The notes beneath the pieces were generated by a model. The model ran no database searches, was not told the origin of the DNA, and saw nothing but the letters and a program-made list of their open reading frames with translations. The position numbers and the translations under genes were made by a program. A DNA stretch of 64,000 nt from an uncultured Verrucomicrobiae bacterium (lineage in GTDB: Bacteria > Verrucomicrobiota > Verrucomicrobiia > Limisphaerales > Palsa-1400), in NCBI GenBank assembly GCA_963707025.1, contig CAVPOM010000012.1:384001-448000 (forward strand), read 5' to 3'. Positions within the stretch are counted from its first letter, which is position 1. Each line of letters opens with the position of its first letter. Below, one piece after another: positions 41,505 through 53,800 of this stretch.

Positions 41505-42239
41505 ATGATTCAAGCGCCACTCGTTAAAATCACCCAGCCTCCCAGCGAGGTTGCGGCCAAATACCAGCCGCATCCGGAAGCCAAGGCCTTGCTGCAGCCG
41601 GCGCAGACGCCGACGCAATACGCGGAGGCGTTGCAAAAGGGAAGCTTTTCGCACGACCAAATTCATTTCCTGGCGCACGGGATGCCGGAAAGGGAATCGG
41701 TCGGCTGGGCATGCAAAAGTTCCGCCAAAGTGTCCGATAAACTGGAACCGGCGGACAAGTCTGCCTTGGGCGCGGCCCAGGCATGGGTGAAAAATCCAAC
41801 GCCCGCCAACCAAGCGGCGGCGGCGGCGGCAGCCGCCAAAACAAATTATCAGGGGCCGGGCGCCTGGGCGGCGCAAGGCGCGGCTTGGGCCAAGGCTCCA
41901 GGCGCGCCGGCCGCGCCCGCGGCGCCGAATCTCACCGGCCACGCTGTGGCGGGTTCGGTCATGCTGGCGGCCGCCAAGTCCGCCGGCAAAATGCCGGCAA
42001 TCCAGCCTCCCGCGCTCGCGGCGCCAGCCATGCCGAAAGTTCCCACCCTCCAAGCGCCCCAGGTGGCCGCGCCGAAAGTTCCCGCGCTCCAACCGCCCCA
42101 GATGGCCCTGCCAAAGCCGCCGGCCCTCTCGCCCCCAAAGCCGCCCGCGCTGCCCGAACGGGTTGAAACTGCCAAAATCCACCAGCCCTTCATTGATCTG
42201 GGCCACGGCATCGCCAGCGGCCAGCACCCGTTTATTTGA
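41505..42239 (+). CDS. DUF6931-like T6SS-associated protein with Pro-rich insert
   Basis: FLAHGMPERESVGWAC, AAQAWVKNPT, PGAWAAQGAAW, FIDLG; next to PAAR. Confidence 0.65.
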   Translation: MIQAPLVKITQPPSEVAAKYQPHPEAKALLQPAQTPTQYAEALQKGSFSHDQIHFLAHGMPERESVGWACKSSAKVSDKLEPADKSALGAAQAWVKNPTPANQAAAAAAAAKTNYQGPGAWAAQGAAWAKAPGAPAAPAAPNLTGHAVAGSVMLAAAKSAGKMPAIQPPALAAPAMPKVPTLQAPQVAAPKVPALQPPQMALPKPPALSPPKPPALPERVETAKIHQPFIDLGHGIASGQHPFI

Positions 42240-42351
42240 TTTCGCCCGTCCAGCTCAGAACAACATTTTTGCCGCGACCATTTGCAGCTTTTGGGTAGTG
42301 TCCCGATTTGTTGCAGCGTCGAGCCTGTGGCTCGAAATCGGCGCACATCCC

Positions 42352-42377
42352 CCTGCGCCAAGGCTACGGCGGACAGG
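42352..42377. repeat. Short REP-like palindrome
   Basis: CCTG-CGCC-AAGGCTAC-GGCG-GA-CAGG hairpin in intergenic DNA; single copy here. Confidence 0.4.
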
Positions 42378-42428
42378 GCGCCGACACTGCAACAATCAAA
42401 TCAGCCCACTCCCAGCTTTTGGGAGCGC

Positions 42429-42457
42429 TTGACAGTCAGGCACAAATCCTCCATATT
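42429..42457 (+). promoter_or_regulatory. Sigma70-type promoter for the PAAR gene, probably leaderless
   Basis: TTGACA-N17-CATATT; ATG begins 7 nt after the -10. Confidence 0.5.
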
Positions 42458-42463
42458 CCAACC

Positions 42464-42763
42464 ATGCCGATGGCCGCTCGTTTAACCGACATGCATGTCT
42501 GCCCGATGGTGACGCCGGCTGTGCCGCCTGTTCCCCATGTCGGCGGCCCCATTACCGGCCCGGGCGCTCCCACCGTGTTGATCGGCGGCATGCCTGCGGC
42601 AGTGGTGGGTGACATGGTTGTTTGTGTCGGTCCGCCCGATACGATTGCCATGGGTTCAACCACGGTGTTGATTGGCGGCAAACCGGCCGCCCGCATGGGT
42701 GACCCCACTGCGCATGGCGGTTCGATTGTTCTTGGCTGTCCGACAGTGATGATTGGCGGATGA
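42464..42763 (+). CDS. PAAR spike-tip protein without C-terminal extension
   Basis: MAARLTD.HVCP, GMPAAVVGD, GKPAARMGDPTAHGG. Confidence 0.95.
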   Translation: MPMAARLTDMHVCPMVTPAVPPVPHVGGPITGPGAPTVLIGGMPAAVVGDMVVCVGPPDTIAMGSTTVLIGGKPAARMGDPTAHGGSIVLGCPTVMIGG

Positions 42764-42819
42764 GCCGCCAGGACACCCTGGGTCCAACCCCGCACTTTCC
42801 TCCGACCTTGACTCGCGCC

Positions 42820-43505
42820 TAGAGCATTTTCTATTTAGATAGACGCATTCGGGGTTTGCTGCTATTTTCTGGTTATGAAAAGAGAATTATGCGTCCTTTG
42901 AGTCAGGATTTGCGTCAGCGGATCATTGCCGCGCGGGAGCGCGGGGAGGGCACTGGGGCAGTGTGCCAACGTTTTGGTGTCAGTCGTAAGAGCGTGGAGC
43001 GGTTTTGGAAACAGCACTGCCGGACGGGCGCGTGCGAGCCCAAACAGATTGGAGGTTACCGGCGCTCGCGCTTGGAAAAGCATGACCGAACCCTGTGCGG
43101 TTGGATTGCCGCTCAGTCGGACCTGACGTTGAGGGAGCTGCAAAAGCGGTGCCGGGAGCAACTGCATGTAGCCATCGGCATCACCGCGTTGTGGCACCGT
43201 TTGGAACGGCTCGGTCTGAGCTATAAAAAAAACGACGCGCGCCGCCGAGCAAGATCGGCCTGATGTCAAAGCCGCCCGGAGGCTTTGGCGCAGGCAACAG
43301 CCTGGCTGGGATGTCCGCCAGTTGGTATTTCTCGATGAAACCGGCTTGAACACCAAGATGGCCCGTCACTACGGGCACTGCCCGATGGGGCAGCGTTGCG
43401 CCAGCGCGGTCCCGCACGGTCACTGGCAAAGCTCCACCTTCCTGGCGGCCTTGCGCCACGAAAGCATCGAAGCGCCCTTCTTGGTCGAAGGGCCTGTCGA
43501 TGCCG
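42820..43505 (+). mobile_element. Truncated IS630-family element (orfA 42889-43263, A8 slippery site 43225-43232, partial DDE orfB)
   Basis: TAGAGCATTTT left end; PLSQDLRQRII, LGLSYKK, LVFLDETG, VPHGHW; 3' half and right end missing. Confidence 0.88.
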
Positions 43506-43558
43506 ATACCCTCGCCCTCACGCCGCACATGGGCTGGAACAGTTGGTATGTATGGGAG
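43505..43558 (+). pseudogene. Tiny remnant of a GH27 alpha-galactosidase gene
   Basis: DTLALTPHMGWNSWYVWE matches the GH27 TPPMGWNSW signature; in frame with the transposase stub. Confidence 0.65.
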
Positions 43559-43792
43559 AGCTGCTCATTGAGCCCGACGCAGTGAGTCAGCCGGCTTCGA
43601 TCCTTGTTCCGAGGATCAGCCAACCACTTGGGAGCGGATGGTGAAGGTGCGGCACCGGTTTGCGGCGCCAAAGGTAGAGAGCGTTTACTTTGCCGTTGAT
43701 ACGGACGATGAATGAGGTGGGCCGCGCATTTAGCCTTTGCCGCGCGCCATTGGAAATCCCACTTTCGAACGTTTCATCCTCCCGCCGGCCCC

Positions 43793-44551
43793 TTAAGCCG
43801 CCGCACGCGGAGCAGGCACGCACGTATGGAGTCCTTGTTGTCCCGGCCATTTCCAACAACAGAGGCGCGCGTAGCGGCATGTTGCAGCCAAAGCAGCCGT
43901 ATAGTGCAAAGCGGGCCTGAATGATTGCACCGACTATGGTGCGCCGCCGGATATATCGTGAGTAGATAAAAGATCTGTCTGGTCCATTCCTTCGCCGATG
44001 CCGTTGCCTTGTGCCTTCAACAAGGCTTCCTTCCGTGTCCAAGATCTGAAAAACGCATCGGTCTTTCTGTCGCTTGGAAGTGAATGCCATGGCGCACGTT
44101 CGCGTTCGTGGAAAAAATGCGCCACATTTTCCCCCGCCTCACAAACCGAATGGATGCGCTCGAGATCAACACCGACTTCGTGCGCGCTCGACACCGCATA
44201 AACAGCCAGGGCATCAGAATGCGCGAGCTTGAAATACAATCGATTCCGAGCGCCTGGCAGAGCAAGGCGGGGTTTGCCGTGGGTGCCATAGGAAAAAATC
44301 AATTGACCTGGGTTGGCGCGGAGCAACCAGGCAAGAATCTCCCGCAAAATTCCGCGGCCAGCCAGAAATCGTGTTTTGTGCCTTTCAAGATAAAACCGCG
44401 CAGCCTTCTCGCATTCATCGATTGATAATGTTTCTGCCAGGCGTTCAATTCGTGGGAGAGGCAAATCGAGGAGGGCGCAAAAGACATGGATCTCGTCCTT
44501 GATGAATTCCAAGTCTTCTGGCGGCGGGCCAAATAAAATGACCGGTATCAT
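43793..44551 (-). pseudogene. Sfp-type 4'-phosphopantetheinyl transferase with in-frame TAG at 43934-43936
   Basis: HGKP, VGVDLE, WTRKEALLKAQG; reading continues past the stop as SVQSFRPALHYTAALA..CWKW to TAA at 43793. Confidence 0.8.
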
Positions 44552-44600
44552 GCGTATTGGGTTAACTGGCTTTCTGCTTCCACCATGATATTTGTGGGGG

Positions 44601-47600
44601 TCAATGCGTGTTATACACCGGAGGCCGAGTCTCTTCCTCGCTCAATTGGCTGATTTCCTTGGCCAGCAATTCTTCGATCACTCTGGCCAACTTGGCGATG
44701 GTGGGCGAGGCGAAGAAGCGGCGGATCGGCAACTCGATCTGAAAGGCCTCACGCAAGCGCGAGATAATTTGCGTCATCAAGAGCGAATGGCCGCCCAGTT
44801 CAAAAAAGCTCTCGTGAAGGCCGACCCGTTCCAGATGCAGGACCTCGCGCCAAATCTCGGCCACCGCGATTTCGGTGGGTGTCTGTGGGGCGGCAAACGA
44901 TTCGTCCAATTCCGGCCGGGCTTGCTCCGGCACAGGCAGAGCCGTGCGGTCCAGCTTGCTGTTCGGCGTCAAAGGAAGCGCTTCGAGGAAAACGAACGCG
45001 GCCGGAATCATGTAGTCGGGCAGTTTTGTGTTCAGAAAGCGGCGCAGTTCGCTCAGCGCAGGGCTGGCCTGGTCAGGCTCGGCCACGACATAACCGACCA
45101 GCCGCCTGTCACCGGGGGAATCTTCGCGCAGCACCACGACGCACTCGCTCACCGCCGGATGTTCCCTGAGGGCCGATTCCACCTCGCCCAGTTCGATGCG
45201 GTGCCCGCGAAGCTTCACCTGCCCGTCAGCCCGCCCCAAATATTCGATGTCGCCATCCGTCAGGCAGCGGGCGAGGTCGCCGGTTTTGTAGAGGCGCGCG
45301 CCTGGCTTATTGCGAAACGGATTGGGAATGAATCTTTCCGTTGTGAGTTCGGGACGATTCAGATAGCCGCGCGCCACACCGGAGCCGCCCACATACATTT
45401 CGCCCGGCAGGCCGATGGGGACAGGTTGCATCCTGGCGTCTAAAATATAAATTCGCAAATCGGGAATTGGTTGGCCAATGACGCTGCCGGATGCAAGGTC
45501 TTTGGCAAAGATGGGCCGATAGGTCACATGCACCGTGGTCTCGGTGATGCCATACATGTTGACCAGGCGCGGCTTCTGGTCACCGTGCTTGTCGAACCAC
45601 GGTTGCAGGCTTCTCATCTCGAGCGTCTCACCGCCAAAAATGACGTAGCGCAACGCAAGTTGGTGCGGACGCCCGCTGCGTTGATCGGCTTGGACCAGTT
45701 GCCGGAAAGCGGAAGGCGTCTGGTTCAACACCGTCACGCCTTCGCGCGCGAGCAGCTCGAGAAAATCTTCGGGCGAACGGCTTACCGGATGCGGCACAAT
45801 GACCAGCCGTCCGCCGTAGAGCAAGGCGCCCCAGATTTCCCAGACCGAGAAATCGAAGGCATAAGAATGAAAGAGAGTCCAAACGTCGCTCTCGTTGAAT
45901 TGATACCACGGCTGCGTCGCGTGAAGCAGGCGTGTGATGTTTTGGTGTGTGACCATAACCCCCTTCGGCTTGCCGGTCGAGCCGGAAGTGTAAATCACGT
46001 AAGCCAGATTCTCCAGGCTCACTTCGGTGCCGGGGTTGTTGTCCTGAGACGGGTCTTGAGAATCGAAAACATCCTCCACGCAGACGACTTGATTTTGAAA
46101 GGCAGGGAACTTGGCCACAAAGGCCCGCTCGGTCACCAGCACTCGTGCGTTGGCATCCTGCAACACGAATTCCAGCCGTTCAGCCGGATAAGCTGGATCC
46201 ATCGGCACATAAGCCGCACCGGCCTTCAAAACACCGAGGATGCCGACGACCATCTCGACCGAGCGTTCCTGGCAAAGTCCGACCATGTCCTCTGGACCGA
46301 CCCCGAGCGAGCGCAAGCGATGCGCCAGGCGGTTGGCGCGACGATTCAATTCGCCATAACTTAACCGCTGTTCTTCCAAGCTCACTGCCACCGCTTCTGG
46401 CGTCCGCGCCACCTGCTCTTCAAAAAGTTGATGAACACACTTGGGGCATGGAAAATCAGCCTGTCCACCGCTCCAGTCATGCAGAATTCTGCGTCTATCT
46501 TCCGAGGACAGCAGTGAAAGATTGGATACTTCTTGCTGCGGATCGGCGGCGATATTTTCGAGCAAGGCGCGGAAATGTCCAAGCCAGCACCGCATGGTCG
46601 GGGCTGAAAACAGCCTGGTGTTGTAACGGCAATCGAGTTGTAAGGCGCCGTCGATTTCGGTCAGGTTTAGGCCAAGATCAAAATGGGTGTGGGCATGGGG
46701 ATTGGGCTGGAGACTCGGTTTCCAGGCCAAGGAATTTCAATGGTTCGCCAAGCCGCTGCACGTTGAGGGTCACCGAGACCAGCGGCATTCGGCCGGCATC
46801 GCGCGGAAGGTTCAACTTCTGCACCAGGCGCCCGAACGGACAGTGCTGGTGGTCATAAGCATCGAGAAATTCTCTTTGCATCCCGGCCAGAAAATCGGCG
46901 AAGGTTCCGCCGTTGACCCTGGCCCGCAGCGGAAGAAAGTTGACACAATGGCCGACGAGCGTGTCGCCGCCTTCCATGGCCCGGTCGGCCAACGGAATGC
47001 CGATCACCATTTCGTTTTGACCGCTCAACTTGTTGAGCCACACCGCGCAGCCAGCCAGCAAGGTGGTGAACAACGTGCCGCCGTGCCGTCCACTGAGGCG
47101 CTTCAAGGCGAGCCCGAGGCTTTCCGGCAGCAATAGACTTTCCATGGCTCCGTCGAAGGTCCATGCGGCAGGGCGCGGACCGTCGGTGGGCAATTCCAAA
47201 ACGGGCGCGCCCTGGCCGAATTGCTTCAGCCAAAAGGCCTCGTCCGCCAGTTGCCTGTCAAAATGTGGCGATTGCCGGCAGACGTATTCCCTCAATTGCA
47301 ATGGCGCGACCAATTCGACGCGTCCGCCCCGGCATTCGCCAGAATAAATTTCCGCCAACTCGCGCAGAACAATTCCAAGCGAATGGCCGTCACAAATGAT
47401 GTGGTGAACGGTAACCAGGAGAACGTGATGATCTTCGCCCAGGCTGATCAGGCGCGCGCGGAGCAGCGGGCCGTGGACTAAATCGAACGGTCGCGCGGAT
47501 TCTTCAGCTTGAATCGCGTCCAGGCGCGTCGCGCGCTCCTCTGGGCTAAGCTTCAACCAGTCCAGCATTGGAACTTCCATGTTCAAAGTGGGATGGACTT

Positions 47601-50600
47601 GCTGAGTGTTGCCATCGGGCGCCAAAGTGGTTCGCAGGGCCTGGTGTCGGTCCACCAATTTCCGCACAGCCCCGAGCAGCGCGTCCCGGTTCAAGGCTCC
47701 GCGCAAATGCAGCAGCCGGGATTCGTTGTAAGCGCAGGAAGCGGCGTCGCTCATTTGCGAGGCAAACCACAATTCCCGTTGCGCCTCCGTCAACGGAATG
47801 GTGACCATGTGTTTTGGCTCATTTTGGGCGGCCGCCGCCGTTTCCTTTGCGATGACGGCGGAATTTTTGTCCGTCGCGCTTGGCGGGGCTTTCGCCAGGC
47901 GGGCCGCCAGCGCGTTCAGGGTGGAAAATTCCTCGAGCAATTGCCGGAACGCGACGCGCACGCCGAACTTCTTTTCCATCATCACGGTGGCTTGGGTAAG
48001 GAACAGGGAATCGAAACCCATTTCGATGAACGTCGTCGTGCCGTTCATGGTCGCGAGGTTCAGCCCTGACAACTCGCCGAAAAGTTGGAGCAAGGTTGCC
48101 GCAATTTGATCTTCCCGCGTCGCCGGGCCAGTTGCGGTCGAATGATGAATAGGGATGACCACCGCTTCTTCCACCTCGCGATCCCGTGCCTGGGCCAGGG
48201 GTGCGATCGTTTGTTCCTGGATGGACTTCGCCGGCTCGACCCAAAAGCGCTTGCGCTCGAACGGATAGGCCGGCAAAGGCACACGGCGGCGCTTCTCGCT
48301 CGTGTAGAAAGATCTCCAATCTATTCTGACCCCAGAGAGCCACAGTTGGCCGAGCGCGCTCAACAGAATGTCCCAACCCGAAGCAGATTCTGTCGCGTGC
48401 CGCAGAGAAGGAATGCTGACGCCGCCGGCGTTCCATGCTGGATGCCGCCTCGCCAAATTACTCAAGGTCCGTCCCGGACCGACTTCCAAAAGAATTCGTC
48501 GCTCGTCTTTGCAGAGTTCGGCGACACCGTTGGCAAAGCGCACGGTCTGGCGCAGATGTGTCGCCCAATAATGGGGATCGGTGGCCTGCAAGGCTGAGAT
48601 CCAGGCGCCAGTGACATTTGAAATGTAAGGAATTTGCGGGGCGTGCAATTCCACTTTGCCAACGAGTTGGGCGAACGGTTCCAAAATCGCATCCATCATG
48701 GCCGAGTGAAACGCGTGCGAGGTTTGAAGGGGCGTCGAGGCGACGTTGCGCTGGGTCAACTCGCGCCGCATCCTTTCGACGGCCTCGGCCGGGCCGGAGA
48801 CGACGCAGAGAGAGGGCAAATTGATGGCGGCCAGGGAAATTCTATCGTTGAGAAATGGCACCACTTCGTTTTCAGGGAGACGCACCGCGAGCATCGTGCC
48901 GCCGGGCAACTGTTGCATCATGCGCCCGCGCGCGGCGATGAGCAAAAGCGCGTCCTGAAGTGAGAACACGCCGGCCAGACACGCCGCCACATATTCGCCG
49001 ACGCTGTGGCCGATCATCGCTTCCGGCCGCACTCCCCAACTGATCCACAGTTTCGCCAACGTGTACTCGATGACGAACAGCGCGGGTTGTGTGACCGCGG
49101 TTTGCGTGAGGCGGCTTTCAGCTTCCTCCATCTTATCCGCCGCTGGATAGAGCACAGCACGCAGATCCAATCCGAGGTGCGGATTTAGAATCGCGCCGCA
49201 GGCATCCACTTGCTCACGGAAGGTGGGTTCGTGTTCGTAGAGGTCCAAGCCCATGTTCACGTGCTGCGCGCCCTGGCCGGGAAACATGAACACGATGGGC
49301 GGATTGTCCTGCTTGGCGACACGTGTGAAAAGTCGTTTCGTGTCCGGGGCTTGCAATGCGTTCACAGCGTCGGTCGCGCCGCGGCAAACCAACATGCGGC
49401 GGTGCGCGAAATGATGACGGCCCACCTGCAAAGTGTAAGCCGCGTCGGCCAGGTTGACCGCGGGATTCTGTTGCAGATGCGCGGGCAGATTCGCCGTCGC
49501 CTTGGCCAGCGCCGTTTCCGTTTTGGCAGAGAGCAGAAGCAACTGCGCCTGGCCGTGTCCGGACAGGAGATGGCGGCGCCGGCGCTTCTTCCAGAACGAC
49601 ATGAGCGTTGGTGCCGCCGATGCCAAACGAACTGACGCCAGCGCGGCGCGGGGCCGCCCCGGCTTTCCATTCGGCCAGCTCTCCATTGACGTAAAAGGGA
49701 CTGTTGGCGAAATCAATTTTTGGATTGGGCGACTCGAAATGCAAGCTGGGCGGCAGCTTCTTGTGATGCAGCGCCAGCGCGGTTTTGATCAAGCCAGCGA
49801 CGCCGGCGGCCGTGTCAAGATGACCGATGTTGGATTTAAGCGAACCGACCGCACAGTAATTTTTGGCAGGCGAACGGGCGCGAAAGGCCCTGGTCAGCGC
49901 TTCGATTTCAATGGGATCTCCCAGCGGCGTGCCCGTGCCGTGGGCTTCGATGTAACTGATGGTCTCGGGCGCGAAGCCAGCCATGGCCTGCGCGGTGGCG
50001 ATGACCTCGGCCTGGCCTTCAACGCCCGGCGCAGTGTAGCCAATTTTATTGGAACCGTCGTTGTTGATGGCGAAACCCTTGATGACGGCGTAGATCGTGT
50101 CCCCATCCGTCAGCGCGTCTTCGAGCCGCTTCAAGAGGACGATGCCGACGCCATCGCCTGGCACCGTACCCGCAGCCTGCGCGTCGAACGCGCGGCAGTG
50201 CCCATCCGGGGACCCAATTCCGCCTTCTTGGAAAAAATAACCGCGCTTTTGCGGAAAGGTGATGGAGACGGCGCCCGCCAGCGCCATGTCGCACTCGTAA
50301 TTGAGCAAATTTTGGCACGCCACACAGACCGCGACGAGCGAAGTGGAGCAGGCGGTCTGGATGGTCAGGCTGGGTCCGCGCAGGTTCAGCTTGTAGGAAA
50401 CGCGCGTGGGCAAAAAGTCCTTGTCGTTGCCGAACATCACCTGATGTTCACTCAGTTGCGCCATTAGTTCCGGGCGGGTGAGCAGGTTTTGCGCAAGGTA
50501 AGTGTTCATGCTCATGCCGGCGAAGACGCCGATGGCGCCGTTGAACCTGGCGGGATCGTAGCCGGCGCTTTCCAACGTCTCCCAGGCGCATTCGAGGAAG

Positions 50601-50887
50601 ACGCGATGCTGTGGGTCGAGCACTTCGGCTTCGCGCGGATTCAACCCAAAAAATGCGGCGTCGAACAAATCGGCTTCTTCGAGAATGCCGCGCGCTTTGA
50701 CATAATTTGCATTGTCTTTCGGCGCTCCCACGCCCGCCGCTGCCAGTTCCTCGTCGGTGAAGAAGGAAATGGCATCAACGCCCTGGCATAAATTGCGCCA
50801 GAACTCATCCATGCTCTTTGCCTTCGGAAAACGTCCGGCCATCCCAATGATGGCCAGGCCATGTTCGGTGCTGGGTCGGGGATTCAT
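44601..50887 (-). CDS. Hybrid PKS-NRPS KS-AT-ACP-C-A(Thr)-PCP; frameshifts near 49548 and 46714
   Basis: TACSTS, EAHGTGT, KSNIGH (KS); GHSVG, HAFHS (malonyl AT); GFDSL (ACP); HHIICDG (C); A code read as DFWNIGMVHK; GGHSL (PCP). Confidence 0.9.
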
Positions 50888-53800
50888 GCCGTCACTTCGG
50901 GTTTGCGCTTCTGATGCTGGTTGAAGATGGCTTGTTTTAGGCGGCCACGATCGGGTGTCTTGCCTGGAGAAGTGGGTTCGCTTTGGTCGAGAAATCCGGC
51001 CAGGGCGTTGATGGTGGGGTACTGAAATAATTTGACCACGGGCAAGGTGCGGCCCAGAGCCTCACCCAAACGGGCTTGCGCCTGCACGACCAGCAGGGAA
51101 TTGCCACCCAGATCAAAGAAATTGTCATGCAAACCTGCTTGCTCGACGCCCAGCAGTTCCCGCCAAACTTTGGCGATCGTTTTCTCGATCCTGCTGCGGG
51201 GCGCGAGGTAAGCCGTATCCAATTCCGGCCGGCGACCCTCGGGCACGGGCAAGGCGACGCGATTGACTTTGCCGTTGGGCGTCAAGGGCAGCGCGTCGAG
51301 AAACACAAACGCGGAAGGGATCATGGCTTCAGGCAGGGTCGCTTGGGCAAAGCGGCGCAGTTCGGATGCGGTCGGTTTTGTATTCGAAGCGGCCACAACG
51401 TATGCAACCAGTCGTTTGTCACCGGGCGAATCTTCGCGGGCGACCACGACCATTTCCCGCACCGCTGCATGGCGGCTGAGCGCCAGCTCGATTTCGCTCA
51501 ACTCGATGCGATGGCCGCGAATCTTCACTTGATGATCAAGACGCCCCAGAAATTCAATGGTCCCGTCGGCGCCAAAACGGCCCAGGTCCCCTGTGCGATA
51601 GAGGCGCGCGCGGGCATCGGCGCTGAACGGATGGCGTATGAATTTTTCCTCCGTTAATTCGGGGCGATTGAGATAGCCGCGCGCGACTCCTTCGCCGCCG
51701 ATGAGAATTTCTCCCGGCACGCCGATAGGCACGGGACGGAGATGTGGATCGAGAATGTAGATTTCGGTATTGGCCAGCGGCCGGCCAATCGGAACGATTG
51801 GGTCCCTTCCATCCAGGCGATGGACGGTGGACCAAACGGTGGTTTCCGTTGGGCCATACATATTGAGGATCTCGCCGCGCATGATTTCGCGCAGCCGCTT
51901 GGCCAGGGAATTAGGCAGCGCCTCCCCACCGACCAGCAATGTTTCCAGTTGCCGCATGGCCTGCGACGCCTCCGGCGCCAGGACCAGCATTTTCGCCAAA
52001 GAGGGAGTGCATTGCAGGTGGGTGGCGCCGTGGCGGCGGATTTGCTCCGGCACGGATCGCCCGGCGGTACGGCTGGAGGCTGGGGCGTTGCTCAATTCCA
52101 GGAGTCGCTGAAGCTCCGGCAAACTGTCTATGACCGAATGGTGATCGACGCCGAAATTGATTAGGCAGGCGACTTCATCCACGCCGATGGATTTGAGTTG
52201 GTTGATGAGCGGTTGGCAGCTTTCCGGCGTCCCCAGCAGGCCAAAGCGCGTGAAATAGCGGTCAAAGGCGCGTTGCGCCATGGCATCGAGGTCATGCTCG
52301 GCAACATTCTTTAAATCACTTCCCTCGCCCGATCCATCGCGGCCCAGACTTTTTAGCAGGTCGGTCGAGGATTTCAGATAATCACAGAAAGGCTTGCGCA
52401 CTTTTTCGCGGACGGCATTCAGGTCCTGACCCACGAAGGTGTGCAGCATGAGGGCGACTCTGCCTTCGCCCTCGTGATGTTCCGCCCGCGCCGCGCGGTA
52501 AATCCGGATTTTTGCGGCCAGCTCTTCCAGGCTCTGGCCGAGCAAATGCGTGAGCAAATTCGCCCCCAGTTCGCCCGCTTTGCGAAAGGTCTCCTGCTGG
52601 CCCGAGCCCGTGATCCAGACCGGCAATTCCGTTTGCACAGGCCGGGGGAAAGTCCTGATCTCTGTTTCCACGCCCGCGCCGGTCAGGCAGCGCACGGTCT
52701 CACCACGCCAGAGTTTGCGGACAGTTTCGATGCCGTCGAACATGATCTTCTTGCGGCTCTCATAATTTACCGGGGCGAACGCAAAATCCCGATCATGCCA
52801 TCCAGAAGCGAACGAAACGGCGATGCGACCATTGGATAGATTATCCACCACCGACCATTCCTCGGCGATGCGAATAGGATGATGGAGCGGGAGCACGACG
52901 CTGCCAGCGCGAATCTGAATTCGCTTCGTCACCATTGCAAGGGCCGCGCTGGTGACCGATGCGTTCGGAAACAGCGCGCCAAAAGCATGAAAATGCCGTT
53001 CCGGAGTCCACACCGCGGCAAATCCGTGCTCGTCGGCAAATTTAGCGCCTTCGATGAGCAATCGGTATTTGTCCCCGTTTCCATTTCCGGCGTCGTTCGC
53101 GAAATAAAACAAGCTGAAATCCAACTTCTTGTCTGGGGCCTCTCCGCCCGGCGCTGAAGTTGGAACGCGGTCGTCCTCGGACTGGATGATGACCTTGAAT
53201 CCGCGGGCGAGCGTCCAAAAAAGTTCCAGCACGGAAATGTCGAAGGAAATACTTGTGACCGCCAGCCAGACGCCAGGGTCTGTTCCCAACACCGCATCGA
53301 TGCCGGCAAAAAAATTGACCACGTTGCGGTGCGTCACCATGACGCCCTTGGGCTTGCCGGTCGAACCGGATGTGTACATCACATAGGCTAAATTCTCCGG
53401 CTTTACGTCAGTCTGCCGGGTGGCGGCGGGGTTGGCGCCGGGCGCCTTGGGGTGTGGCGCGTCAAGGCAGAGCAGTTTGAGATTTGGCGCCTCTAATTTC
53501 AATTCATCCCGCAACTTCTCCTGGGTGAGCAGCACCGGCACTTGCGCGTCTTGGAGCATGAATGCCAGACGCTCCTTCGGATAAGCCGGGTCGAGTGGCA
53601 CGTAACAGCCGCCCGCTTTGAGAATGGCCAGCAGTCCGACCATCATGTCGAGCGAACGTCTCACACAAATGCCGACGCGCGTGTCAGGCCCGACGCCGAG
53701 GCTTTGCAACTCCATCGCCAAATGATTCGCGCCATCGTTCAGTGCGCGATAAGTGAGCGGCTTATCTTCAAAGACCACTGCCACGGCGTCGGGCCTCCCT

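Noticed and set aside
14795..42763. Extracellular contractile injection system or prophage tail
   Set aside because: TssK/L/M, ClpV and split TssB/TssC sheath genes identify a membrane-anchored T6SS
43934..43936. Pyrrolysine or recoded TAG
   Set aside because: TAG ends other genes here (e.g. hcp), no pyl genes are seen, and a Trp-to-stop change is simpler
43587..44090. 167-aa minus-strand ORF
   Set aside because: Overlaps the PPTase in another frame and has no recognisable motif
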